A stretch of DNA of 64,000 nucleotides from Flavobacteriales bacterium (GTDB lineage Bacteria; Bacteroidota; Bacteroidia; Flavobacteriales; Flavobacteriaceae): the NCBI GenBank assembly GCA_024643405.1, contig JAHENA010000007.1:1346-65345 (forward strand), given 5' to 3'. Position 1 is the first letter of the stretch, and the number at the start of each line of letters is the position of its first letter. Positions 40,021 to 48,899 of this stretch are shown in pieces. The translations under genes were made by a program, and so were the position numbers. A model generated the notes under the pieces. It saw only the letters and a list, made by a program, of their open reading frames with translations. It searched no databases and had not been told where the DNA came from.

Positions 40021-41103
40021 TTATTTTTTTAAATTTAGTAGGAGTTCTGCTGCTGCAAAGGGAGTTGTTTTGTTTAATTCTATTAATTCGAGCTGTTTTA
40101 GGAGTTCTTTTTTAATCTTTGGCTGATTAAAAAAATCTGTTTTTATTTGATTTTCTATCGTTTGTATCAGCCAGAATTTATTTTGTTCGTTACGTTTTTT
40201 ATTAAAAAAGTTATTTTTTGTAGTTACTTCAATATATTCCAGAATAATTTGCCAAATGTCATCAATACCTTCATTGTTTAAGGCACTGCATATTATTGAT
40301 CTGGGTTGCCAGTTGGAGGTTTTTTCAGGATATAGGTGCAGTGTTCGGTCATATTCAATCTTAGCTATTTTAGCCCGTTTTAAATTATCACCATCTGCTT
40401 TATTAATAGCAATCGCGTCAGCCATCTCAATGATACCGCGCTTAATGCCTTGCAATTCATCACCAGCACCTGTTATTTGCAATAATAAAAAGAAATCAAC
40501 CATACTATGCACAGCGGTTTCACTTTGTCCTACACCAACAGTTTCAATAATGATGACCTCAAAGCCAGCTGCTTCACATAATATAATGCTTTCTCTAGTT
40601 TTACGTGCAACCCCTCCAAGGGTTTCTCCAGAAGCCGAAGGTCGAATAAATGCATTTGGTTGTTTCACCAAATCCTCCATTCGTGTTTTATCACCCAATA
40701 TACTGCCTTTTGAGAGCGAGCTACTGGGGTCAATTGCCAAAACCGCAACTTTCTTGCCCAGGGAAATTAATAAATTGCCAAAAGATTCAATAAAAGTGCT
40801 TTTTCCAACACCAGGGACACCCGTAATTCCAACGCGAATGGATTTGTTAGCATAAGGCAAACATTTCATAATTAATGCGTTAGCCTCCTGTAAATGGTCT
40901 TTGTTTTTACTTTCAACTAAGGTAATGCCTCTACTTAGTGCCGTAATATTACCTTTTAAAATATCAAGAGCTAAAACATCAGCAGAAATTTGATTTTGAC
41001 GTTTTTTTTTAATTCTATCAATAGACTCTTGACTAGTCATCTCAGATTGTGAAATACCTATTTTTTCTTTTAAACCAGAAGATGTCTCTATTTTTTTAGT
41101 CAA
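40021..41103 (-). CDS. meaB: MeaB/ArgK-type G3E family GTPase
   Basis: GTPase motifs are present: P-loop GITGVPGVGKST, ETVGVGQSE and NKAD. Confidence 0.88.
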   Translation of the reverse strand: MTKKIETSSGLKEKIGISQSEMTSQESIDRIKKKRQNQISADVLALDILKGNITALSRGITLVESKNKDHLQEANALIMKCLPYANKSIRVGITGVPGVGKSTFIESFGNLLISLGKKVAVLAIDPSSSLSKGSILGDKTRMEDLVKQPNAFIRPSASGETLGGVARKTRESIILCEAAGFEVIIIETVGVGQSETAVHSMVDFFLLLQITGAGDELQGIKRGIIEMADAIAINKADGDNLKRAKIAKIEYDRTLHLYPEKTSNWQPRSIICSALNNEGIDDIWQIILEYIEVTTKNNFFNKKRNEQNKFWLIQTIENQIKTDFFNQPKIKKELLKQLELIELNKTTPFAAAELLLNLKK

Positions 41104-41124
41104 TTTTTACTAATATTATTGTAC

Positions 41125-41703
41125 TTAATCGGGATTTTTAATTAAATCTAACGGAACAGAAATTTTAGTTTGATCCCAAGCCATGGTGAGTTTTAAATTA
41201 TCTGTAGAATTATCAAAAGCAATGGTAAACTGCTCTACAACTGAATTTAATTTTTCAACTGGTACATCAATTTCTAGCAAATCATAATTTGGGTCCCACA
41301 TGGGTTTCATTTCCGCATCAACACCCCATGGATATTTTTTAGTATTAAACATTACCTGCCAGACACTATCTCTAGGCACGGTCCAAATGGTGTATTCTCC
41401 TTCTGGAATTGTAAATCCTTTAATATAAAGAGGTTTATTGGTTGTAAAAGTTGTTGCTTCATTTGCTCCAGTTCGCCAAACTTTATTATACGGCACTAAG
41501 GCTCCGAAAATTTCACGACCTTTTTTAGAAGGTCTGTTGTAGGTTATTTTTAATGTTAAGTCATTTAACTTAAATTCAACGGTATCTTTTGGACTCAGCC
41601 TTGTTTGAAATATGTTTTCTACAAAATGAGAATATAAAAAAAGTCCTAAAGCAATTATTGATAAAATAATCAGCAAACGTTTCAAAAATTTATTCATAAG
41701 CAA
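41125..41703 (-). CDS. DUF2911 domain protein (secreted)
   Basis: Signal/anchor segment plus VWRTGANEATTFT and the YTIW… pattern typical of DUF2911. Confidence 0.72.
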   Translation of the reverse strand: MLMNKFLKRLLIILSIIALGLFLYSHFVENIFQTRLSPKDTVEFKLNDLTLKITYNRPSKKGREIFGALVPYNKVWRTGANEATTFTTNKPLYIKGFTIPEGEYTIWTVPRDSVWQVMFNTKKYPWGVDAEMKPMWDPNYDLLEIDVPVEKLNSVVEQFTIAFDNSTDNLKLTMAWDQTKISVPLDLIKNPD

Positions 41704-41810
41704 TTAAATATTAATAGTTATAAAGGTAAATTAAAATGATATATATGGAAAACACTTAACGTATAATTATTAAATTTTGTTTTATTTTAAAAAAAATAAA
41801 TTGAATTTTG

Positions 41811-41834
41811 CAACACTCCACTTTTTCTGTCGTC
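41811..41834 (+). promoter_or_regulatory. Candidate ECF-type promoter (CAAC-N16-CGTC) upstream of the ECF sigma gene
   Basis: TTGCAAC (the AAC ends at 41814), a 16-nt spacer, then CGTCT (41831-41835). It lies about 40 nt upstream of the ATG at 41874 and resembles the GAAC-N16/17-CGTC ECF consensus. Confidence 0.4.
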
Positions 41835-41873
41835 TTTAAAAATGAACTAACTTAAACCAAAAGTACAAGTAGT

Positions 41874-42425
41874 ATGTTTAAAGTTGACATTATTGAACAA
41901 TGTAAACAAAACAACCGAAAGGCACAACTGCAGTTATACAACCAGTACTGCGACGGTATGTATGTTGTGGCTAAAAGGTTCTTGAAAGATACTAATGACG
42001 CTGAAGATGTAGTGCAAGAAGCCTTTATAAAGGCTTTTTCAAAACTACATCAATATAAAGCGGAAGTTACTTTTGGTGCTTGGTTAAAACGTATTGTTGT
42101 TAATAAAAGTATTGATTTTTTGAAATCTAAGAAACAGCGTTTAATAGATTTAGAAGAGGTGCACCTCAAAGTTATTGATACTTCAAATGATGACAAATGG
42201 TTAGTAGATGATGCTATTACAATAATGGATGTTAAAAATGCCATAGAAAGTTTGCCGGATAAATATCAATATGTCTTAATGTTATATTTAATAGAAGGCT
42301 ATGATCATCAGGAAATTTCTGAAATATTAAACATCTCTGAAATAGCATCACGAACTCAATTATCAAGAGGAAAAATAAAATTGCAGGAATTGTTAACACT
42401 TAAAAAAGATGGCACAAGATATTAG
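41874..42425 (+). CDS. ECF subfamily RNA polymerase sigma-70 factor
   Basis: Region 2 (DAEDVVQEAFIKAF…WLKRIVVNKSIDFLK) and region 4 (YQYVLMLYLIEGYDHQEISEILNISEIASRTQLSRGK) are both present. Confidence 0.9.
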   Translation: MFKVDIIEQCKQNNRKAQLQLYNQYCDGMYVVAKRFLKDTNDAEDVVQEAFIKAFSKLHQYKAEVTFGAWLKRIVVNKSIDFLKSKKQRLIDLEEVHLKVIDTSNDDKWLVDDAITIMDVKNAIESLPDKYQYVLMLYLIEGYDHQEISEILNISEIASRTQLSRGKIKLQELLTLKKDGTRY

Positions 42426-42978
42426 AGAGTTATTTAGACAGGACAAAACTCAAGACAAGATGCCTGAAAATCATCAGGAAAGGTTTCTTTTAAAATTAGA
42501 AGAAGCATTACCAGTTAAAAAAGGAACTAAGTTTATTTGGTTTCAAATAGCAGCAGGTGTGATTATTTTGATAGGATTAGGCTTTGGTGGTTTTAAATAT
42601 TTTCAGCCAAAACAAACGATAAATCATGTGCTAGCGAACAAAGTAGTTGAGACTAAAACTTTAGGAGATGTATCTCCAGGACTTAAGAAAGTTGAAGACT
42701 ATTATTTGGCAAGTATTAATTTGGAGTTATCTAAAGTTACATACACGGATGAAAATAAAGATGTTTTTGATGGCTATATTGAGCAGTTAAATGTTCTTAA
42801 TATAGAGTATAACAACTTGTCTGTTGAATTAACTGAAAATGGTCCAAGTGAGTTAACAGTGAATGCATTAATTGACAATTTAAAATATCGATTAAATCTT
42901 TTGTATCGATTGAGAGAACAATTAAAGGAATTAAATGCTTCAGATACTAAGGGTAAAGAAGCTTTACAATCAATCTAA
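42409..42978 (+). CDS. Putative anti-sigma factor (single-pass membrane protein)
   Basis: It overlaps the sigma gene by 17 nt. A short cytoplasmic N-terminus precedes one TM segment (WFQIAAGVIILIGLGFGGF) and an extracytoplasmic domain. The call rests on context. Confidence 0.5.
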   Translation: MAQDIRELFRQDKTQDKMPENHQERFLLKLEEALPVKKGTKFIWFQIAAGVIILIGLGFGGFKYFQPKQTINHVLANKVVETKTLGDVSPGLKKVEDYYLASINLELSKVTYTDENKDVFDGYIEQLNVLNIEYNNLSVELTENGPSELTVNALIDNLKYRLNLLYRLREQLKELNASDTKGKEALQSI

Positions 42979-42989
42979 AAAATCAAAAA

Positions 42990-44465
42990 ATGAAACAGTC
43001 ATTAATATTAAAATTATTTACACTAGTCGTTTGTATTACCGGAAGTATTGCGGCACAACAAAAATTAACTAAAGTGTCTCAAGCAATAAAAGTTGATAAA
43101 GAGGTTACAATAGACTTGAATACAAGCTATTGTAATATTGTCTTTGATAGTTGGAACAAGGACGTTGTAGAAATTGAAGCCTATATTGAAGGAGAAGGAA
43201 TCTCAAAAGAAGAGCTACAAAAAGCTTTAAAGGACTGGCAAGTAAGTGTGAATGGCACAAATAGTTTAGTTACTATTTCAACAAAAAGTAATGCGCCATA
43301 TGTTTGGGAATATAGAGTTGAGGATGGAGATAATGATGCCGTTAATGCAATGTTGCAGGAATTAAAATTCGAATTAGCTGAATTGCCAGAAATGCCTGAA
43401 ATACCAATGATGCCTTCAATGCCCAATATGCCTGAATTACCTGAGCTGCCAGAAGGTATTAGTAAAATAGACTTTGATTATGATGCCTACAAAAAAGATG
43501 GAGATGCCTACATGGAACAATGGTCTAAAAATTTTGAATCTAAATTTGGTCAAGACTATGCAAAGAAAATGGAAGCATGGGGAGAAAAATTTGGTAAAGA
43601 ATGGGAAGATAAATACGGAAAGGAAATGGAAGCTTGGGGCGAGAAATTTGGTAAGGAATGGGAAGTTAAATATGGAAAACAAATGGAAGAATGGGGTGAA
43701 CGTTTTGCCAAACAAATGGAAGAAAGAGCGAGCCGAATTGAAGAACAAAGTGCTAGAGGAGAAGAGCGGGTTGCAGAAAGAGAAAGAAGGGAGGCAGAAA
43801 GAGAGAAACAAGCAATGGAGCGCTCTAAATTAGCTGATGAAAGACGGGTTAAAATTGATGAAATGATTAATTATAATAGTTCTAAAGTCAAAAAAACTAT
43901 TAAAATTAAAATGCCAAAAGACGCCAAATTAAAAGTAAATGTAAGGTATGGTGAATTAAAATTTGCATCAAATATTGATAATTTAAAAGCAACATTATCT
44001 CATACAAAACTTATGGCAAATAGCATTAATGGAAGTAAAACTTCCATTAATGCTTCCTATTCTCCAATTTTTGTAAACTCTTGGAATTTAGGAACTCTTA
44101 ATTTAAACTATGTAAAAAATGCAGAAATTGATAATGTAAAACGATTAATGTTAACCTCAAATTCTTCAAATATTACTATAAAAAATTTAATTAATAATGC
44201 CATTATAAATGGTAATATTGCTGATTTAAAAGTCTTAAACATAGATGATGCCTTTTCCAACTTAAACATAACTTTAGAAAATAGTGATGCTCTCGTTGTC
44301 CTTCCTAAAGTGGAGTATAATTTACAATTTAAAGGAAATAAATCTCGTTTTACGCATCCTAAAAAAAGCAATAAAGAAAGTACATCTAATTTTTCTACAG
44401 GTGATTTAAGTAGCCCAAAAACTATTGTAATTAATGCAAAATATAGTAATGTAACTATGCAATAA
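42990..44465 (+). CDS. Secreted repeat protein: N-domain, MP(E/S)xP linker, W/K/E-rich tandem repeats, charged coiled region, and Asn-rich beta-repeat C-domain
   Basis: A signal peptide is present. See the repeat feature for the internal repeats. The C-terminal half resembles DUF4097/GIN-type beta-strand repeats, which is a low-confidence family guess. Confidence 0.6.
   Translation: MKQSLILKLFTLVVCITGSIAAQQKLTKVSQAIKVDKEVTIDLNTSYCNIVFDSWNKDVVEIEAYIEGEGISKEELQKALKDWQVSVNGTNSLVTISTKSNAPYVWEYRVEDGDNDAVNAMLQELKFELAELPEMPEIPMMPSMPNMPELPELPEGISKIDFDYDAYKKDGDAYMEQWSKNFESKFGQDYAKKMEAWGEKFGKEWEDKYGKEMEAWGEKFGKEWEVKYGKQMEEWGERFAKQMEERASRIEEQSARGEERVAERERREAEREKQAMERSKLADERRVKIDEMINYNSSKVKKTIKIKMPKDAKLKVNVRYGELKFASNIDNLKATLSHTKLMANSINGSKTSINASYSPIFVNSWNLGTLNLNYVKNAEIDNVKRLMLTSNSSNITIKNLINNAIINGNIADLKVLNIDDAFSNLNITLENSDALVVLPKVEYNLQFKGNKSRFTHPKKSNKESTSNFSTGDLSSPKTIVINAKYSNVTMQ
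43569..43739 (+). repeat. Three tandem 57-bp (19-aa) in-frame repeats inside the 491-aa CDS
   Basis: The repeat ATGs fall at 43569, 43626 and 43683. The units are MEAWGEKFGKEWEDKYGKE, MEAWGEKFGKEWEVKYGKQ and MEEWGERFAKQMEERASRI. Confidence 0.85.
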
Positions 44466-44651
44466 TAGTAATTCTTTCTAAATTGCACCTCCTTTTCTAA
44501 ATAGTCTATTATTTCTTCTTAAGGCTAATTTTCCCTTTTATTTTTTTATAAAAATCTTGTCATCTTTCTATTAAGTTTGTAAGTTCTATTATTTCATTTG
44601 TTTCCAAAATAAAGAATACTCATAAAATATTATAAAAAAAGTTAATGACAT

Positions 44652-44684
44652 TTTGACATTTTTATAATAATGGCAGTACTTTTG
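44652..44684 (+). promoter_or_regulatory. Candidate sigma-A promoter for grpE-dnaJ (-33 TTTG, -7 TACTTTTG)
   Basis: TTTG at 44652-44655 and TACTTTTG at 44677-44684, with 21-nt spacing. It lies 38 nt upstream of the ATG at 44722. TGACATTT occurs twice in tandem at 44646-44661. Confidence 0.5.
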
Positions 44685-44721
44685 CCAACTAGTTTTTGTA
44701 TTTGTTAAATATAATGCGACA

Positions 44722-45276
44722 ATGAGTAAAAAGGACAAACAGAAAGATATAGAAAAGGAGCCGCTTCACGATGTTCAAAACAATACTGAAACTGCTGAAT
44801 TAGAGCAGCAAGGTAAAGCAGAACAATCAAAAGAAGAGAAACTGCAAGAAGAAATAAAACAAGAAAAGGATAAGTTTCTAAGATTATTTGCCGAATTTGA
44901 AAATTATAAAAGACGTACTTCAAAAGAGCGTTTAGAGCTTTTTAAGACGGCTAATGAAGATGTTATGAAGGCATTATTACCTGTTTTAGATGATTTTGAC
45001 AGGGCATACATTGAAATATCAAAAACAGAAGAAAAAGATCTTTTAAAGGGAGTTGAACTAATAAGTAATAAACTAAAATCGACTTTAGAACAAAAGGGGT
45101 TAGCTCCTATTAAAGTGGCTAATGGTGATGTCTTTAATGCAGATAATCATGAAGCTATTACTCAAATACCTGCTCCTTCAGAAGATTTAAAAGGAAAAAT
45201 AATTGATGTTATTGAAAAAGGATATGCTTTAGGTGATAAAGTAATCCGTTTTCCTAAAGTGATTATTGGACAATAA
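44722..45276 (+). CDS. grpE: Nucleotide exchange factor GrpE
   Basis: LRLFAEFENYKRRTSKE and the C-terminal region VIEKGY…GDKVIRFPKV. Confidence 0.93.
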   Translation: MSKKDKQKDIEKEPLHDVQNNTETAELEQQGKAEQSKEEKLQEEIKQEKDKFLRLFAEFENYKRRTSKERLELFKTANEDVMKALLPVLDDFDRAYIEISKTEEKDLLKGVELISNKLKSTLEQKGLAPIKVANGDVFNADNHEAITQIPAPSEDLKGKIIDVIEKGYALGDKVIRFPKVIIGQ

Positions 45277-45285
45277 GACATTTAC

Positions 45286-46401
45286 ATGGCAAAAAGAGAC
45301 TATTACGAAATTTTAGGTATAAGCAAAGGCGCTGGTGCTGACGAGATAAAAAAGGCTTATAGAAAGATGGCAATAAAATACCATCCTGATAAAAATCCTG
45401 ATAATAAAGAGGCTGAAGCTAAATTTAAGGAAGCCGCTGAAGCATATGAAGTTTTAAGTAATGCTGATAAAAAGGCGCGTTATGACCAATTTGGACATCA
45501 AGCTTTTGAAGGTGGTGGTGGATTTAATGGTGGTGGTATGAATATGGATGACATATTCAGTCAATTTGGAGATATTTTTGGAGGTGCTTTTGGCGGAGGC
45601 GGATTTTCAGGATTTAGTGGTGGTGGTCAACGCAGAGTAAAAGGAAGTAATTTGCGTATAAGAGTTAAATTGACTCTTGAAGAAATTGCTAATGGTGTTG
45701 ACAAGAAAATTAAAGTAAGACGAAAAGTTCAGGCTAAAGGAACTACTTATAAGACGTGTACAACTTGTCATGGAAGTGGTCAAATAACCAGGATCACCAA
45801 TACAATTTTGGGTAGAATGCAAACAGCTACTACCTGTAATTCATGTCATGGGGCGGGTCAAATTATTGATAAAAAACCAACTGATGCTGATGAGCAAGGT
45901 TTGAAAATTGCAGAGGAAACTGTTTCTATTAAAATTCCTGCGGGAGTAGTTGACGGGATGCAATTAAAAGTGGCTGGGAAAGGAAATGAAGCCCCTGGTA
46001 ATGGTATTTCGGGAGATCTTTTGGTAGCTATTGAAGAAGAAGCCCATGAAACTTTACAGCGTGAAGGCGATAATTTACATTATGATTTATATGTTAGTTT
46101 ACCAGATGCAATTTTAGGTACTTCAAAAGAAATTGATACGGTTACTGGCAAAGTTCGTATAAAAATAGAACAAGGTGTTCAATCCGGTAAAATATTAAGA
46201 TTAAGGGGTAAAGGAATTCCAAGTATAAATGGTTATGGCAGAGGCGATTTGTTGGTTCATGTTAATGTATGGACTCCAAAAACCTTAAGTAAACAGCAAA
46301 GAGAATTTTTTGAAAATATGCGCGAAGATGAGCATTTTACTCCAAAACCAGAGAGCACTGACAAGTCTTTTTTTGAGAAAGTAAAAGATATGTTTTCTTA
46401 A
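45286..46401 (+). CDS. dnaJ: Molecular chaperone DnaJ (reduced zinc-finger region)
   Basis: The J-domain reads [36 protein letters not shown]-rich region and C-terminal substrate-binding domains follow. Only two CxxCxGxG motifs are present. Confidence 0.95.
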   Translation: MAKRDYYEILGISKGAGADEIKKAYRKMAIKYHPDKNPDNKEAEAKFKEAAEAYEVLSNADKKARYDQFGHQAFEGGGGFNGGGMNMDDIFSQFGDIFGGAFGGGGFSGFSGGGQRRVKGSNLRIRVKLTLEEIANGVDKKIKVRRKVQAKGTTYKTCTTCHGSGQITRITNTILGRMQTATTCNSCHGAGQIIDKKPTDADEQGLKIAEETVSIKIPAGVVDGMQLKVAGKGNEAPGNGISGDLLVAIEEEAHETLQREGDNLHYDLYVSLPDAILGTSKEIDTVTGKVRIKIEQGVQSGKILRLRGKGIPSINGYGRGDLLVHVNVWTPKTLSKQQREFFENMREDEHFTPKPESTDKSFFEKVKDMFS

Positions 46402-46481
46402 TTTTAGGCTTATTAAATCAGTATTTTATCAAAACTTATCTTATTATTTTAGTAATTATATAATAAAAAGTTTTATATTTG

Positions 46482-46515
46482 AATATCACTATTTTTTAGT
46501 GATATTTTCTTTTTC
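46482..46515 (+). terminator. Hairpin terminator candidate downstream of dnaJ
   Basis: AATATCACT (46482-46490) pairs with AGTGATATT (46498-46506), followed by a T-rich tail. Confidence 0.55.
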
Positions 46516-46529
46516 ATAGCAATTTTTTT

Positions 46530-46567
46530 CCCATCCTTAATTCATTTTAAGGGTGGGTTTTGTTTTT
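46530..46567 (+). terminator. Second, stronger rho-independent terminator
   Basis: CCCATCCTTA (46530-46539) pairs with TAAGGGTGGG (46548-46557), with one G-U pair. It is followed by TTTTGTTTTT. Confidence 0.7.
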
Positions 46568-46655
46568 AATACGGTTTCCAAATATTTATCATTTTATTAT
46601 AAATGTTAATAGGTAACATTTAATATATTTACACACATGTCAATTAATAACAAGA

Positions 46656-47582
46656 ATGAGTAACATATTAGAAGTCCAAAATGTTTCTAAAAATTTTGGA
46701 TCATTTACAGCCCTAAACAAAGTATCCATTTCAGTTCCCAAAGGTAGTATTTATGGTCTGTTAGGTCCCAATGGTGCAGGAAAAACGACACTTATAAGAA
46801 TTGTAAATCAAATTACTATGCCAGACTCTGGTCAAGTATTTTTAGATGGCGCTCCTTTAAGCGGAGCCCATATTAAAGATATTGGATATTTGCCAGAAGA
46901 GCGGGGATTATATAAATCGATGAAAGTGGGTGAGCAGGCATTATATTTGGCGCAATTAAAAGGACTGAGTCATAAAGAAGCAAAGACCCGCTTAAAATAT
47001 TGGTTTGAACGACTAGAAATTGGAGATTGGTGGAATAAGAAAATTCAGGAGCTATCAAAAGGGATGGCACAAAAAATCCAGTTTGTAGTAACTGTTTTGC
47101 ATCAGCCTAAATTATTGATTTTTGATGAACCGTTTTCAGGTTTTGATCCAATAAATGCCAACTTAATTAAGGATGAAATTTTAAAATTAAGAGAAGATGG
47201 CGCTACGGTTATATTTTCAACGCACAGAATGGAATCGGTTGAAGAGTTATGTGATGATATTACCTTGATACATAAATCAAATAAAATTCTTGACGGTAAA
47301 TTGGTCGATATTAAGCGTCAATATAAAACCAATACTTTTGAAGTTGGAATTTTAACAAATCAAAAGGGGGTTTTAGAGCAAGAATTATCACGGAAGTTTC
47401 AAACATCAGAGGCTAGTTTTAAAACTTTAGGAGATGAGTTAAAGCTAAACATAAAACTTTCAGACCATGAAAAACCAAATGATTTATTAGGCTATTTATG
47501 CAATCAAGGACAGGTTTCTCATTTTGTAGAATTAATCCCTAGCGTTAACGAAATATTTATTCAAACAGTAAAGAATCATTAA
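46656..47582 (+). CDS. ABC transporter ATP-binding protein (ABC-2 / NatA-like exporter type)
   Basis: Walker A GPNGAGKTT, signature LSKGMAQK and Walker B LLIFDEP. Confidence 0.92.
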   Translation: MSNILEVQNVSKNFGSFTALNKVSISVPKGSIYGLLGPNGAGKTTLIRIVNQITMPDSGQVFLDGAPLSGAHIKDIGYLPEERGLYKSMKVGEQALYLAQLKGLSHKEAKTRLKYWFERLEIGDWWNKKIQELSKGMAQKIQFVVTVLHQPKLLIFDEPFSGFDPINANLIKDEILKLREDGATVIFSTHRMESVEELCDDITLIHKSNKILDGKLVDIKRQYKTNTFEVGILTNQKGVLEQELSRKFQTSEASFKTLGDELKLNIKLSDHEKPNDLLGYLCNQGQVSHFVELIPSVNEIFIQTVKNH

Positions 47583-47584
47583 TT

Positions 47585-48898
47585 ATGAACCATTTACCAC
47601 TCATTATAAAACGCGAATATTTAACAAAGGTTAAGAACAAATCATTCATTGTAATGACTATTTTAAGTCCAATTTTAGTAATTGTTCTTATTACGGTTGT
47701 AGCTTATCTGTCTCAATTAAATAATGATAAACAAAGAACTATATGCATACTAGATGAAACTGGGCTTGTGCAAGATGTTTTTAAAAGTGAAGACAATACA
47801 ACCTATAACCGATTGGAAAATATGACTTTAGCTGATGCTAAAGAATTGGTGAAGCAAACAAACGCATATGGCTTGTTACATGTTGAAGGTTCAAACCATC
47901 TTGATTCTATATCTGACCATATTAAATTCTATTCAGAAGATTCGCCTTCATTAACTGTAATTTCAAACTTAGAATCTAAAATTGACAAAAAGATTGAGAA
48001 TTTAAAGCTTCAGGAAAAAGGAGTTGATATTGCAATGATAGAAGCCTCAAAAACAAATGTGAATATTGAACAAGAAAGTTTTGATGGAGAAAAAACATCT
48101 AAAATAGATAGTGTTGTTAAACTTTTTTTTGGAAGTGCCGCAGGCTATTTATTATTTATGTTTATCATTATTTATGGAAATATGATTATGCGCAGTGTTA
48201 TTGAGGAAAAAACAAGCAGAATTATAGAAGTCATCATTTCTTCTGTTAAACCTATGCAACTCATGTTAGGTAAAATTATAGGTACCTCATTAGCAGGAAT
48301 TACACAGTTTATTATTTGGCTCTTTATTGGAGGAGCCTTATTATTTACCGTTTCCATTGTTTTTGGAATTGATACTTCTCAAGCGCAAACACCTAATCAA
48401 CAAATGATAGAGGGAGCTATGCAAAACTCTAATATCAATATGCAGATTCAAGATGTTTATAATTCCTTACACCATCTTCCAATGACTAATTTAATTATAG
48501 CTTTTTTATTATTTTTTATTGGTGGTTATTTATTATATAGCTCATTATATGCAGCTATTGGGGCGGCAGTGGATAATGAAACAGATACTCAACAGTTTTT
48601 ATTACCGGTTATGATGCCTTTAATTTTGGCTGTGTATATTGGGTTTTTTACAGTTATTGAAGATCCTCACGGCACTGTTTCTACAGTATTTTCATTTATT
48701 CCACTTACATCACCAGTAGTAATGCTTATGAGAATCCCCTTTGGTGTCCCTATGTGGCAGCAAGTGGTATCATTATTGTTATTAATTGGTACGTTTATAT
48801 TTACGGTTTGGTTTGCGGCCAAAATTTATAGAGTTGGTATTTTAATGTACGGTAAAAAGCCAAGTTATAAAGAATTAATAAAGTGGATAAAATATTAA
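47585..48898 (+). CDS. ABC-2 family transporter permease (NatB-like)
   Basis: One N-terminal TM segment, a large extracytoplasmic loop, then a 5-TM bundle. Starts 2 nt after the ATPase gene. Confidence 0.8.
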   Translation: MNHLPLIIKREYLTKVKNKSFIVMTILSPILVIVLITVVAYLSQLNNDKQRTICILDETGLVQDVFKSEDNTTYNRLENMTLADAKELVKQTNAYGLLHVEGSNHLDSISDHIKFYSEDSPSLTVISNLESKIDKKIENLKLQEKGVDIAMIEASKTNVNIEQESFDGEKTSKIDSVVKLFFGSAAGYLLFMFIIIYGNMIMRSVIEEKTSRIIEVIISSVKPMQLMLGKIIGTSLAGITQFIIWLFIGGALLFTVSIVFGIDTSQAQTPNQQMIEGAMQNSNINMQIQDVYNSLHHLPMTNLIIAFLLFFIGGYLLYSSLYAAIGAAVDNETDTQQFLLPVMMPLILAVYIGFFTVIEDPHGTVSTVFSFIPLTSPVVMLMRIPFGVPMWQQVVSLLLLIGTFIFTVWFAAKIYRVGILMYGKKPSYKELIKWIKY

Positions 48899-48899
48899 T

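Noticed and set aside
40256-40855. 199-aa plus-strand ORF antisense to meaB
   Set aside because: The minus-strand frame carries complete GTPase motifs (P-loop, DxxG-type, NKAD). The antisense product is Ser/Pro/Leu-rich with no motif and no start context.
43437-43833. Alternative-frame ORFs (124 aa on the minus strand, 119 aa on the plus strand) across the 57-bp repeat region
   Set aside because: They exist only because the purine-rich repeat region lacks stop codons in other frames. The annotated frame is continuous with a signal peptide and flanking domains.
44466-44721. CIRCE/HrcA operator upstream of grpE-dnaJ
   Set aside because: I looked for TTAGCACTC-N9-GAGTGCTAA or a close variant and found none. 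Only the tandem TGACATTT repeat and the promoter motifs are present.
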